DNA of 64,000 nucleotides from Eledone cirrhosa (Eukaryota): NCBI GenBank assembly GCA_964016885.1, contig OZ024750.1, positions 14,818,001 to 14,882,000 of the forward strand, read 5' to 3'. Shown piece by piece: positions 13,507 to 27,152 of this stretch (position 1 is its first letter; each line of letters starts with the position of its first letter). The notes under the pieces were generated by a model. It saw only the letters and a program-made list of their open reading frames with translations, ran no database searches and was not told where the DNA came from. The position numbers and the translations under genes were made by a program.

Positions 13507-13512
13507 AATAAA
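13507..13512 (+). promoter_or_regulatory. Likely La polyadenylation signal
   Basis: AATAAA about 360 nt after the La stop codon. Confidence 0.55.
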
Positions 13513-13988
13513 TTCATTTAAACATCTTTTCTTCTATCCACATAAAAAAAAAATATTGTATTTTATTTTATAGTCCTGAATGACAAATAAGCTTTTGGCA
13601 AGATCTATTATTTTAATTTTCTACTTGTTTTACTTCAGTTGCTAAAACATAAACACTGCATGCACCATATGGTTGTGTTGATCATAAATATGAGTAAATG
13701 ATAGATATTCCCTCTGTTAGGTTAATAACTATGTACAATTCTCATCCTTGTTAGTGGTCTCTTTTGCCAGAGTTTTAAGGTAGTTACCGAAAGCACTGTT
13801 AATCCGCAGAGGCAAAGAAAACCCAGGCAACTATTTATCCATATGAAAACTGAAAGTTCCTTCATCTTTGCAAAGTTATCTGGTAAAGAAGGGAAAATAT
13901 ATTACATGATAATTGGACTACTTGACCATGAGATCATCAATTCAAAACTTGCTACAATCATTTTCTTCTCCAGTTAATGCATATGACT

Positions 13989-16900
13989 TCATTTACCTGA
14001 GATTTTAAAAAAACTGGAGGCATTTTAAATTAAGTCAGTACACAATTGTCTGAATTTCCCAGGGTTTGGTGGCACAAGTATTTTTGACTTTATTGCTTAC
14101 ATTTACAATGAGAGTATCATCATCATCATCACCACTGGATGGCAAATTGAATTATGTTGTCCTCCATCCAGTTAATTCATTGGATGACAAAACCTAGTAC
14201 CATCCTGTATGAGATTATATTATTGTTGATCTGTGCTTTCTTCCAGACATTCTATCAACTATATTTAACCCTTTAGCATTCACATTACTCTATATATACT
14301 ATTGTATTTTCACATTAAACACTTTATCTCACATAATATCGAATCTATGAGATTTTGATATTCATTTGGAGAACAATACCTTAACATCGGTATGAATGGC
14401 CAGTTGTGGCTGGTTTGAACAGAAAGAAGTGAGACAATTCTGGCCGGATAAGGCCGATTTAAATGCTAATGGGTTACATTTTATAAGATTTGTGTATGTT
14501 GTATATAGTTATGTGTGTTTGTGTATTTGTTGAAATAGTCTCCCACTTGCAAATTTCAAGGATACTTATCACTCAGTTACAAAAAGCTAAAAGTTGGTAT
14601 AAACTTTGTTATTCACTCACTATGCTGTAAGCTTTTCAAAAGATGGAAATATTTACCAAAAAACACAGTGAAAGATCTGAATCCATTTTTACTGTCCTTG
14701 TTATTGTATTGACTCATAAAGAACGAAACATCTGCCCCTCATTAGTTTACCATTTACAAATATGAATGTGCTTTGAAAACCGGTTGCAAAAATTGCTTAC
14801 TGTCACAGTGCTTTGTTCCACATGGTTGCACATCAAATTTCATTCCAATACATGTTTCTCTTGTACCATTATTACACCAACGGAATCGATGCTGTACACC
14901 TTGACCACATTCATTACTGCAAGGTCTCCATGGATACCAAGATGTCCAACCAGCTTTTCCTTGATTTAAAAAAAAAAAAAGAAAAAATATCGAGAAATTC
15001 TGTTAGTGGGGTACATTTTCCAATTTTGATTTGTAACAAAGTCAAGTAAAATGGAGATTGGTCGGTTAAGTTCATAGGCTGACCAAGATGCTTTTGTAAA
15101 ATGTGACCAAATGAGGTTTATTTTTCAACATATTCCCCTTTGCAGTGTTGGATCCCATTGAAGAAGCTTTCATCCTGTTGGTTAAAAACATAATCAAAAG
15201 CAGATATGACATCATCACTGTAATACTGGTTCCCAGCCAAGTGTTTTACATGATGAGGAACAGATGAGGCTAATAGGGAGGAGGATCAACCAATTCAATG
15301 CTGTAGTCGCACGCAGTAGCCATTGAAACCAAGGACACGGGTGCTCGAGCATTATTCTGATGAAACAAGGCTTTTGTTACTGCCTCAGTAAGTTGGCATA
15401 GTACTCTCCATTGATGGTGTGGCCCTTTTGAAGATGGTCAATAAACAATGCCTTTTCCATCCAAAAAACTGAGGCCATCACCTCTGCAGATAAAACGACC
15501 TTGGCCTTCTTTGGAGGAGGTGTGTTTCCACTACATGGATTATCTCTGTCTCTGCTTCTAAGTGATGAACCCAAAACTCATCCTGGGTTCGGAAACGTTC
15601 AAGGAAACCAGCTGGATCTGCCTCAAACAATGTCAAATTTTCCCGTCATGTGATGATCAGCCTGGTGCACTTTTGATCACATATCAGAAGGCATGACAAC
15701 TACTGAGCAGAATATTCTCAACTCTCAGGATATGCTAATAGCATTGGCTATTTGATTTTTTTTTGTCAATTGTCTAGCATCCATTAGCATGTGGTGAATA
15801 CCACCAATATTTTCTTTGGTGCTGGCAGTTACAGGATGTCCAGACCTTGGGTCATCTTCAAGACTCCCCCTTCCAAATTCAGCTACCCACTTTTGCACTG
15901 TTGATAAAGCTGGAGCATCATCCCCTAATGTAGCAATCATGTCAGCATGAATGCCCTTAAAATTATGGGAAGAGTACTCATGGATGTGATAGGGCTTTTA
16001 AAAATAATCAATGTTTTAATATATACAGTGGTGCAAGGCTGCTCCCTATTCATGGGTGGCTAAACCCCTCCTGGTTCCTCCATGTTTACATCATTGTGGG
16101 TTCTTTATAATTCTACATTACAGTATTGTTTTGAATGAAATTAAACTGGTTACAAAGTTTTTAGTGATGTGAATTTCTGACTCTTACAAACATTACATTG
16201 GATATTAAATAATGCCATTGCTTATTCCTAAATTAAATGGTATTTGTCATTACTGTTTCTAATTTTATGCTGTTTTTACATATGTAAAAATGTCAGCCCT
16301 TTAATAAGCTATATCTGTAAATATCAACTTGTTTAGTAAGTATTTTCAGCATTTTGGGGTGTTTCCATAGCCGGATTTAGGACAAATGAGGCCCTGGAGG
16401 GGGTAAAAAAAAAAATTGGCGAGAAGATGGGACTTCCTAACCAACGGGGCTCTGTGCTAAAAAAAAACCCAAGCACAATGGTACATTTAGCACTGGGTCT
16501 TTCAAATTAAATGCAACACTGCATCTTTTATATTGGTAATTTAAAACCTTGTTACATTCACATATATATATGGTCACCTTTTACAACTACATATTATTAT
16601 TAAGAGGCAGTATTTCGGTGGATTGGCAGTATCGATAGAGCGTCGGACACCATGCTTCGTAACATAGAGTTATGGCCCTTTGCTTTTCATCCTTACGGGG
16701 TCGATAGAATAAAGTACTAATACACTGGTCGATTTAATCGTCTTTTCCCTTCCTTTCAAATTGCTGGCCTTGTGCTTAAATTAACAATACGATTTACCTT
16801 TTATTGATGAGAGATGGGTGTTTGTTTACCTCACACAAAAATAGTTGGTATACTTGCGATATATAGAAATATTTTATAATGATAGGTATTCAATACGAGC

Positions 16901-17869
16901 TTGGTATGTGTCTATAAACTCAGATATTCAAGTGTTAGTTATTATGTATATTTGTTCTTTTTTCACATTTCCGATTACTTCTATAACATGTAGTTACCAT
17001 ATTAAAGAAAACTTTAGATTTTCTGTTCAGTATAATGGGTTGCAGATTTACATTTATGATAAAGACGTCCAGATATTAGCAAAACTACTGGGGACACCAT
17101 CAATAGTGGTAAGAACGGAACAGGGAAAAACGTCATTCAAAAGAGTTTGATATTAAGAAATAAGTCAGACAGGGTTGTATACTATCCTCTACCTTATTTA
17201 ACCTGTATACTAATATATACAGAGAAGTAGAAGTCATGTCTGGTGTGTCAATAGGAGCTATGACTAACAACAACGTTGTCGTATAAAACTTCCAGTAGAG
17301 ACTACGATGTGTTGCCGAAATATGGGCATTAACAAAAGTATGATGAAATAGATAAGAAAGCATTGAGATGTGGGAAACCTTTGAGAATATGAGCAGAAGA
17401 GAGATTGGCAAAACTACGAACATTTTATTGTCCACCATCAAAGAAAGAAAATGTAGATACTTTGGACATTTAATGATAAAAAAAAACTAGCTTTTATAGA
17501 GAAGAAAGACTAATATAAGACTATAAACATGGATGGGAAGAGAAGAGGAAAAGCAGTAATATATGAATGGATAATATCAAAACTTACAGGTATATGTGAT
17601 ATCTGTGGATAATGCTATAGTTTAGAAAACATAGAAACCACGTATAAAGCAAGACAAGAATAATGTGGAACAACTTACGTTCTTCAATGGCTTACAGGTA
17701 TATGTGATATCTGAGGACAATACTATAGTTTAGAAGGCAGAAACCACGCTTAAAACAAGACGAGTATAATGTGGAACAACTTACGTTCTTCAACGGCTTC
17801 AACTTGTGATTGAATTATTAGGTTTGTTGTTACAAACAAAATATCACAGAGAAAAACACATAAAACCAT
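13989..17869 (-). CDS. Small secreted single thrombospondin type-1 (TSP1) domain protein, about 83 aa, 3 exons
   Basis: Minus-strand exons: 17869-17785 (MVLCVFLCDILFVTTNLIIQSQVEAVEE, phase 1, donor GTAAGT); 14959-14801 (phase 1-1, KAGWTSWYPWRPCSNECGQGVQHRFRWCNNGTRETCIGMKFDVQPCGTKHCD, with WxxWxxW, CSxxCGxG, RxR and 6 Cys); 13996-13989 (SK*). The TSP1 exon is secure. Its linkage to the first and last exons is inferred. Confidence 0.78.
15060..15960 (-). mobile_element. Degraded mariner transposon
   Basis: Transposase fragments TLGDDAPALSTVQKWVAEF..LEDDPRSG and PKKAKVVLSA.VMASVFW...LQKGHTINGEYYANLL with frameshifts. The terminal segment recurs at 59830-60010. Confidence 0.9.
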
Positions 17870-18481
17870 TTTGCTACTTTAGATTGTCCAGAAAAAACTA
17901 AATATATCTCAAACTCCGTAAGTATAACTTACTGGATAATATAAATTACCACACAGACGCACGCACAACAGAAATTAAATTGTATATATCCGCTTGTACA
18001 TCTGAAAAGAAGGGAATGCTTGCCAATAATGGTTGTAAAATCGCATTTGACACCAAACCGCTTGTAATTTGAGGGGTGAATTCTAAGATAATTATCCCAA
18101 ATTACAGCTGTGTCATAGAAATAAATGTTATATCGAATGTCACTGTTACGTTGGTTGAGAATTCAGATGTCAACCAACATCTTTCCATGAGAGTGGAAGC
18201 GATGGGATGGAATACGTACGTCAGTAAATAAAATAATAGAATTAAACAGAAAACGCTTGTCGTACAATTCTTTTTAATATCACTATCAACATCAATAACC
18301 TCGCATGTCGACGACTTTCAAAACATAGCAGCCAAATCTTCCTTAAACCACATCTTGAACGAACACGTTTGGATAACGTCAACTCTACCCGTTCGACACA
18401 GGGGGGGAAACTTCCACCCACTTTGGGGTGTGTGTGAGAGATGTTTTCTCTTGTGAAAATGGGTATAGCTTTCATTATATA

Positions 18482-18660
18482 AGGTGGATTGGCAGTATTG
18501 GTAGAGGGTCGTACGCCATGCTTTGACGTATAGAGTTACGCCCCTTGCCATTCTGAGTTCAAGGTTAACTTTGCCTTTTATCCTTACGGGGTCGATAAAA
18601 TAAAGTACCAGTAATGCACTGGTTAATTGCTGGCCTTGTGCCTAACGTAGAAACAATTAT
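18482..18660 (+). mobile_element. SINE family A copy nested in a MITE
   Basis: Near full-length copy flanked by an ATTATATAA/ATTATGTAA duplication. Confidence 0.85.
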
Positions 18661-19424
18661 GTAAAGTCACCACATTTTGGGGCACTTTTTTCATGGTACT
18701 CCCCGTTTGGGCTTTAGAGGTTGGCAGATCTGTAACGTGGTTCCTGAGTTTTCTGCACATAAAAAGAAAAAAAGCAGGATGGCCACGGCTGGAATGCATT
18801 TTATTATAGATCTGCTCAATCTGGCTTCATCTGAAGCTAAACAACGCAACATTGTATGCTTTGAAACCATGAGAGTGCCTGCTAAAAATTTCTTTTGATT
18901 CACATCTTGCCATCTTAAAAAAGAGAAGAAATGATACATTAGATGATGGGTTGGTTGGGCTGAGGGAAGATTGGCCTGGGGCTACAATAACATTGTACGT
19001 TTATTTTTTCATAATAATGTAAAAGTGCTTCGATTTTTCAAAGAGTTTGATTACAAACTGAAGAAAATTCTAGGCATGAAATTGGAGGTAAGTATATTTG
19101 TGGTGTATGTGACGAATTGGCCTTAAAACATCGGATAGAATGGTTTGCGGTATTCGTTTCGGATTTCTGCTGTCTGAGTTCAAATCCCGCAGAGGTCAAC
19201 TTTGCCTTTCACCATTTCGAAGTCGATAAAAAAAAGTCCCAGTCCATTACTGCGGTCGATTCTTCTTCTATATTTAAATATTTAATTACTAAACTACCAA
19301 GGAGTGAATTAATAGATAATAAAACTGTAGGAACTTAACAGGTGCGTGTGTTACTATTAACAGCATGACCCTCCCAAACTACAACAATATCTGTTTCAAC
19401 ACACGATGTAACATCAAGAATCTT

Positions 19425-19460
<36 letters not shown>

Positions 19461-19714
19461 CACATATATATAATATAAATTATATACGTTCGTGATACGT
19501 ATATACATAGTAAGAAGTGCCTTAGCAGCCAAAGAGTATGATAAAGTTATATCTGTATAAATACAGAGTATGTAACCAAGACTGCACCAACGTGTATAAA
19601 TATATACACATATCTAATAGGTAGGCATGTAAACATAGTATATTCAAGTCAAAACACGAATGCTGAAAATGACTTTATGTGTGTATGTATACAAGTTAAG
19701 TTAATATTCAGTAC

Positions 19715-19910
19715 TCTTTGAAATGGACTATTATTAGTTCAGCAAAGTTATATACTGAAAGTAAAACTAGATGTAATCTATGCTTGACAGAAGTATTAGA
19801 AATAGTAACCTCTAAAATTAATCTCATTAATTTTAGAAACGAAATTGTATCTTCTGGTCCACATAGAACCTTTCACTCCTTTTTTAATACACTTGAATCT
19901 GATTAACTTT
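19715..19910 (+). mobile_element. Penelope-like element GIY-YIG C-terminal remnant
   Basis: KWTIISSAK.Y....RCNLCLTE...LINFRNEIVSSGPH resembles the CxLCxxEK...NxRxE...CxH tail of PLE proteins. Confidence 0.7.
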
Positions 19911-19971
19911 AATTTTACTCTCACCTTATATACTATTTAAGTATCTCCTGTCTTTTCATCTTACGGTACTT

Positions 19972-20139
19972 ACTGTATTTCCTGGCGCCGAAGACACTTC
20001 GTCCTCGAGGACGCACCCTAATTTTGACAACCAAAAATTTGAAAAAAAATAAACAACCTTCGACCTCCAGGATGCATGGTAGATTTTTGAGACTTATTTT
20101 AGGGAAAAAGTAGCATATTCGACACCAGGAAATACGGTA
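19972..20139. mobile_element. pogo/Tigger-like MITE
   Basis: Ends TA-CTGTATTTCCTGG and CCAGGAAATACGG-TA. A partial inverted copy lies at 47665-47791. Confidence 0.75.
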
Positions 20140-20324
20140 ATTATGTGTACCATCGACATTGTTTGCCTTCCTATTGATTCTAATAATCCTTATTATTGGA
20201 CCTAGAATAGACTTGCTATTCATGAACATCCATATAACTAGATGGTTATCCCTGAGTATGTCTGCACATTTATGTGTGGGTGGGTAAACAAATATGTGTG
20301 TGTATGTATATACATCTACATGTT

Positions 20325-21000
20325 TTGTAGCATCTCTATCTCTTTTGTGCATCAGGTATTTCATTCTTATTTCCTTTTCTTGGGTTGCAAAATCATATCC
20401 TTCAAAGAGAGAGTCAATATAGCAGTTTTGACCCAAGGTAGACTACTTTGCTTATTTATATTACTTCCAGTTTGAAACTTTTTAGTAGCATAACCATGCA
20501 TGATTTGTTGCTGATAAGTATACAGCTTTTCATCCATGGAATCAATGCGGTATTGTCTTGCAATTTTCCTGGTTTTAAGTATTTTATCATGCAGGGAGTA
20601 TTTTTTAAGGTGCTTCTTCCCAACTCTCATGATGTTATTTGCTTCATGTAGACAGACTTGCTCAATAGATGGGCTTCTATGCTTGGTGGTTTGTACATGT
20701 TGTCGGAGGGATATGATATGACACTCAAATGCTGTTTGCACTAATGTCAGGCTTTTGCCTCCCTGTTTATGTTTCAAGTAGGGACCAATTTACCACCTTA
20801 TAAATGACTAATATTAATTGGATTCTTTCAGCCAAAATGGGAGACTTCAATTTCTAAGAGTTTGCATCCTGTTCTTCAGTAAACCCCTAACTGTATTCAC
20901 ATTTTGCTGAATAATTCCAGATATGCTTCAATTTTATTAGGCTTCCTCAGGAAAGCATAAATTTCACAGGACTCATCAAAGAAAACCAAAAAGTAAATTT
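20325..21000 (-). mobile_element. R4/Dong-like non-LTR retrotransposon remnant
   Basis: Post-RT motifs KQGGKSL...MHGY...INKQSSLPW...FEGYDFATQEKEIRMKYL, frameshifted. Confidence 0.65.
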
Positions 21001-22219
21001 ACAATAATGAACACTTGTATTCCAAAAAGTATGGTGAAATCCATGCTTCGCTGAAGAAGTCTATTAAGATTGAAATATATTATTCCCATACTTTAGTCAA
21101 TAATTTAACTATTGAATGCAGTCAAATACATTTGTGTAGCACCAGCAGAGTTTCAGATATGTAAGCAATACTGTGATGTTTTTTTTCTCTCTGTTTTCTA
21201 CTGCTACTATAAAGTGAGTTCGATCAAATCCTTGTAAAAGTCTAGTAACTGATCATATCGAAAAGGAATCCTGTTCCTTGCAATGTAGTTTTGGTTAACT
21301 TATGTGTTATGAAAGGCCAAAAGTATTGTCAGGCTTAACATTGGTAATGTTTCTAAAGATCTGCTGTGGGTTGTACATCAGTTATAATCAGAACCCTTTA
21401 TTCTATCCATATATTTTCCACTATTTCTATGATCTTACATCGAACACGTCAGAATGCTCAATATGACCTTCTATTAAGTAGGCGCATTGTATATCTGTGA
21501 ATCTGTGGAGCACAGTTAGTTGTTTAATCCTTTAGCATTTAAACCTGCCATATCTGGCCAGAATTCTCTCACCTCTTTCTGTTCAAACCATCTGTAATCG
21601 GCCACTCATACTGATGTTAAGGTATTGTTCTCAAAATAAATAGTATCAAAATCTCATAGATTCGATATTATGTGAGAACAATCCTTTACCGCAAAAATAC
21701 AACGGTAAATATAGAGTAATGTAAATGCTAAAGTAATGTCAGAGCTAACTTGTGGCTAAATACAACTAATACTAACTACTACTAAATTCATCCACTTCTT
21801 TGTGATAATATCCATCTCACATGATCCAACATAAACTGCCTCAGTTCTTCAACAGATAGTTCTGCATCTCCCACAATGAATCTCTTTAATGTCTTGAGAG
21901 GTTTTCCATATTTGTGTTTCACATTAGTGGCCTCCCATAGTAAAGGTTTTGTAGCAGGTTCGGTGCCTCTCATGACATGACCTGCAAGTTTAAGACATTG
22001 GACACAGATGGTATGGCTAATGGGTGGGAGGATGCCATAGAGAATTTTAAATAAAAACAACAAATATTTAATAGATAAAACTTAATTTATTGCATCACCA
22101 TGGCCACCGTGTAAATTAAGAAATAGTTATTCCAAATATTCAAATAAATTGCTTTCCTTTCTTTTTATATTAAACATTTCAAAACAAAATATACATATTT
22201 TGCAGTCAGTATTTCAAAC

Positions 22220-25200
22220 TCATGATTTCTGCTGATAACGGTGCCTGAAAAACAGAGACAGATTAATCAGTTATATTGGTTTCTGATTTAGGTACAAGGC
22301 CAACAATTTCTGGGGAGGGGAAAGTCAATTAAATTGACCCTAGTGCATTACTGGTACTTTATTTTATCGACCTGGTAAGGATGAAAAGAGCTTAAATATC
22401 CCTTAAATTTGTGTTTTCGATTCAGAATAGAACGAAAAAAACAACAAAAAACAAAACAAAACAAATAAACAAAACAGAAAACTTATGAAAGTTAACATTA
22501 AAAAATGTTTCCATCTGCACTCAGGGTGAATCAACTTTGAAAATAATGTAAAAAAACACAAACTCTTATTCATTATGTAAGAGGTAGAAAATATAAAAAA
22601 AAGGGCAAACTTACATTATTATCTTCTTCAACTGATACATTCCAGTAAGAGCAACAAATACATTTACAGCAAATAAACTGTAATTTTTAGGTATTATAAC
22701 CATTGAGTACCGAGACCAGATAAGACCTGAAAGTAAAGAGTTAAAATAACTGATACCACAACAAATATGATATTGTTGGTTACAGAATTTCTCTAAAATC
22801 ATTATGCTTTCATATTGTAGTGTTATTGCTATGACATAAAAAGCCACCAGTCCATTCTGTAAGGTGGTAGTGCTAGGACCACAACAAAAAACCCTCAGTT
22901 CATCCTGTAAGATGGTAGTGCTCGGACTACAACAAAGGGTTAATAGAAAGGTATTAAACATTAAAAATAGTTAACGAAAAAGGCAGTTATCAAAGACCAA
23001 TAAAATGATAGTTACCTGTTGCCATTAAAGCTGAAGACTGTTTAGGACTAAGTTTTTCAGCAGGTCGAGCTAAGTCCCCCAAACCAGCAATTACAAGTGA
23101 CTGAAAACAACAGAAAACACTTTTTTTTCAACAAAAATAAACATTTGTAAAGAAAACAAAAGTAGTTTAAATATTAAACAATTCTATTTTAATTAAGGTA
23201 TTTTAAAAACCTTTAGCCAACAGTTCTGGATAATGCCATATTAGTATGGAATGAAGTAGTTTAATAGAGTGAATGATATATTGTATGATGTTTGTGTCAT
23301 ACTGCAATGCTACATGGCAGTGAGATATGGGCCTTGATTGCAGAAGATTTGTGAAAGTTAAAAGAAATGAAGCAAGTATGTTTTGGTGGATGTGTGATCT
23401 TAGCATGCAAGAACATAGCATAAGTGAACTGAGAGAAAAACTAGGCATAAGAGAAATTGAATGTATTGTGTAAGGGGGAAGAATATGCTGGTATGGACAT
23501 GTGGTGCATATAAAAGATGACAGCTGTATAATGAAGTGCAGAGAAATCTTAGCAGATGGGATCTGTGGATTTAGTAGATGAAAGACGACATGGGATGAAA
23601 TAGTGAAGACCAGCCTTAGCAAGCTGAATGTCATGATAGAGATAACAAAAGAGTATGAGGATTGGCAACAAGTTGTATTGGAAATAACTCCCCCACCAGT
23701 ATAAGAAATGTGAATGTAACCTGAGCTAAGTCCCTCCTCTACCATCACTCCTTAGCAACTATTCTCACCATCACTGTTCCCCAATTCTATCCAGGATCTC
23801 TTCCACCCCACCTTTTTTCTCCATCACATCATGCTGTCAAATCCCACAAAATAAAAAAGCATTTATTTTTGTATTAAAAAATAAAATTTAATACATTACC
23901 CATTTAAAAGCTGGAGCCCAAAAGAAAATAGTCTTAGGACCTACAATTAAAAGAAAAAAAAAAGAATTAATCATAAAATAATCAAATTACTGTATTTCCA
24001 TGTTAATAAGACATATTTTTATTCCTCCAAAATCCATCTAAAATCATCCTGTATCATATTAAAAGGTCAGATTGTAGAATGGAGTTTAACACTACCATAA
24101 TATAAGTATGCAGGTACAATTTGCATGTAATAAATATATCCTACTAGTTCTGTAATGTATTGAAGCTAATTAGTATGAAGTTTACAAGGGTTTATATGAA
24201 CACTGGTATCCCAACCCCTTTTGTTTTATGGTAAATTCCATGGTAGCTAGAGAGTTTCTATTTTCAAAGAAATTTGTTCATGTTCTGTATTGCAAAGATC
24301 AGAGGTTTGAAGTGTTTTGGATTGCGAGACAACGTGCTAGAGAAAATCATGATGTGGCAGGGGAAAAGTGTGTTCAAAATGATAGTAGAGGACTTGCCCT
24401 CTCTGATGCCGAAAAGAAGGATGCATGGAAGGTTTACTATGAGAGACTGCTGAATGAAGAGAATAAATGGGACAGCGAGGGCCTACCCTATGTAGACCCA
24501 ACTGAGGGACCAGCTATAAAGGTTGACAACAGTGTGCTAGATAAAGCAAATAAGGACATGAAGTAGGAAAGCCACTGTATCTGGCTTTTATAGGTATGGA
24601 GAAGATCTTTGACAGGGTTCTATGCTCTGTAATCTTGTGGGCATTTAGGAAGCTAGGTTTAGATGAATGGCTTGTGAGGGCCATGCAGGCCATGTATAAA
24701 GGAACAACCAGCAGTACAGTGAGGAATTTGAAATGCAGGTGGGGGTCCACCAGGGCTCATTCCTCAGTCCACTCCTGTTTATCATTGTTCTTCAGGCCAT
24801 CACTAAGTAGTTTAAAACTGGCACTGTGGGAGCTGTTAAAAGTTGGTGACCTAGTCCTTATAGCTGAATCTGTAGGAGAGTTAGAGACAAAATTTCAAGC
24901 AAGGAAGAACCTAGAGTTGAAAGGCCTAAAACTAAACTTAGCAAAGACGAAAGTTAATAAGTAGGAAAGATGACAGGAGGGTAACACCATCAAGGAAATG
25001 GACTTGTTCAATATGTCAGTAAGGGATGGGCAGGAATTCTACAGAGTATAACAAGTAAATTGGGACGATTTAAATATCTTTATTATAACTGATATAACTT
25101 GGAAAAATCAAACACTGTAAATTCTATGTTTATGCCAATTTATTGTGGAGTGTTTAGCATTTTTGACTATTACTATAGTGGCCTTTGCTCGTCAGTTCTG

Positions 25201-27152
25201 GCTGGTCACATACCACCTCCATCCAGGCACATTTTACCCATCACCTATATTGTGCCCTCACCCCACAGACAGTATTAACCATTATGCACCAAGAATTCCC
25301 TTCATGTTTTTCCAATAGCCACAAACTTGAAATTATTCAAGAGGTACACTAACTACATTGAACTCCCTTGTCTTAGAGGCCTTGAGAAGGCTATGGACAC
25401 AGCCCCTCCCACCAGACCTATATTAAAAAGAAATGGCTACCAGGGAGAGCACCATTGGCATACGATACTGCAATGGGGTGTCCTAAAAGGAAACTAACAC
25501 TCCACGAGATGACTGGACTTCTTAGGCGAATGTTCCCATAGCAGCCACAGTTGAAACTTTGTTTATGTCGAATACAACAAAATTGTTTTCACCAAAGTTT
25601 TCAAGGGCGAGAGACACTGGCGGTCAATGAGGAGGGAGGGGTCACTGAAGGTCATGGAAGATTTGGTTAATTTCGACGGATTCCGTTAATTTTCAGCTAC
25701 TCTCAGCGGATGACATAAAAAAAACTGGATTAGTAACTATACAAACACTCACGCAAGATTATTTTCGTAACAGAATGGATGGTTACAACTTCATCCTTCG
25801 AACTTTACTTCCACCCTATCTATATATGTTGTCTGCACATCATTCTTGTTTGTAAACATAGAAAGTGTATATACTTTCACATGGTGAGTAAAAGTATATA
25901 GTTTCAATGTGAGAGACGTTGGGACATACAAAACACATTCATGCGTGCAGCGTGTAGGATGGTTTAAACTTTACATTACACGATTTCCAATGAAATGTTT
26001 CGATAAATTTTGAAAATAGCTAAGCATTTGGTGAAATTTAATAATATAACTAAGTCTTCCATCCGTAAGCTAATATTTAGAACATTATTTAACAAATATT
26101 TCTAAAATAAAATGATGCTGGAACGTTTTAACATGGGTAGTGCTGTATCATAGATGCAGGGCGGTTAGCTATCAATAGGGTTAAAGAGGTAATTTGTATG
26201 AAAATTATATTCTATAAACATGTCTTTAATAAAATGCCTACCGTTTTAAAATATAAAATGATCAATACAAATATAAATAGCAATTATTAAGTAAAACAAC
26301 GAGAATAACAAACGTAAACAAACAAATGGAATCACTGATTTTGACAAGGTCACAGCGACGTAATTCATCCCAGTCTCGTTCCAAGGTAAAGTACACCCAC
26401 CCCAGTAAACTGAGAGACGAATGATAAACTTCTAAATTTAGACCAAGCTACCTCTTATTAAGGGATCATAAAAAAGAGCCCGGTAATTTAAGATACTTTA
26501 TTGATTTTGCCCTACAAGATTGTTTTGGTAGCGAGTCGCACATAAATAGATATTGCGCTATTTCGTTGCATTACGTTCCGAGTTCAATTACCAGCAGGGA
26601 CAATGAGGGGCGTCTCTCTCTCTCTAAACAATTACTCAATCTGCTAAAATAGAGACCAAATCTACCTCATATCATATAGATTTGAAATTTACAAACGAGA
26701 CAAAAAATTAAAAAAAGTACTTAATACATATAACAGATTATTTAAACGTTCGTTTATAGTTTGTGTAGTAGTTTCGTAATGAATCATTATATAAGACGAT
26801 GTTAGCTTTGCCTATCATCCTTACGGGGTCGATGCAACAAAGCACCAGTAATGCACTGGAGCCGATAAAATAAAGTACCAGTAATGCACTGGAGCCGATA
26901 AAATAAAGTACCAGTAATGCACTGGATCGATTTAATTGACTTTCCCCTCCCACAAATTTGTGGAGCATTATATACGATGAGTGAGTGCAGCGTTCTGCCT
27001 CATGAAGACGAGTGAATCTATTAAAATCATATATATATATAAATATATAAAGAAAAGGGTTACTAACCTGCAGGATGGTTCCATAATGGCACCATACGAG
27101 CGGGAACCAACTTGTCAAGGGTTTTAATAGCAGATCGATACGCAGCAGCCAT
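22220..27152 (-). CDS. MPC2: Mitochondrial pyruvate carrier 2, 5 coding exons, 115 aa
   Basis: Exons 27152-27068, 23940-23900, 23100-23016, 22726-22615, 22244-22220 (348 nt). Translation MAAAYRSAIKTLDKLVPARMVPLWNHPAGPKTIFFWAPAFKWSLVIAGLGDLARPAEKLSPKQSSALMATGLIWSRYSMVIIPKNYSLFAVNVFVALTGMYQLKKIIMHRYQQKS*. The HPAGPxTxFFWAP and WSRYS.VIIPKN motifs are diagnostic of MPC2. A minus-strand AATAAA lies at 22091-22086. Confidence 0.97.
23290..25040 (+). mobile_element. RTE-type LINE remnants in MPC2 introns (23290-23690 and 24250-25040)
   Basis: DAWKVYYERLLNEEN, MEKIFDRV...WAFRKLGLDEWLVRAMQAMY, LELKGLKLNLAKTKV; heavily deleted. MPC2 exon 23900-23940 lies between the two pieces. Confidence 0.75.

Noticed and set aside
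20367-20777. 136-aa ORF as a host-gene exon
   Set aside because: It is a frameshifted retrotransposon (R4/Dong-like) remnant without clean splice sites.
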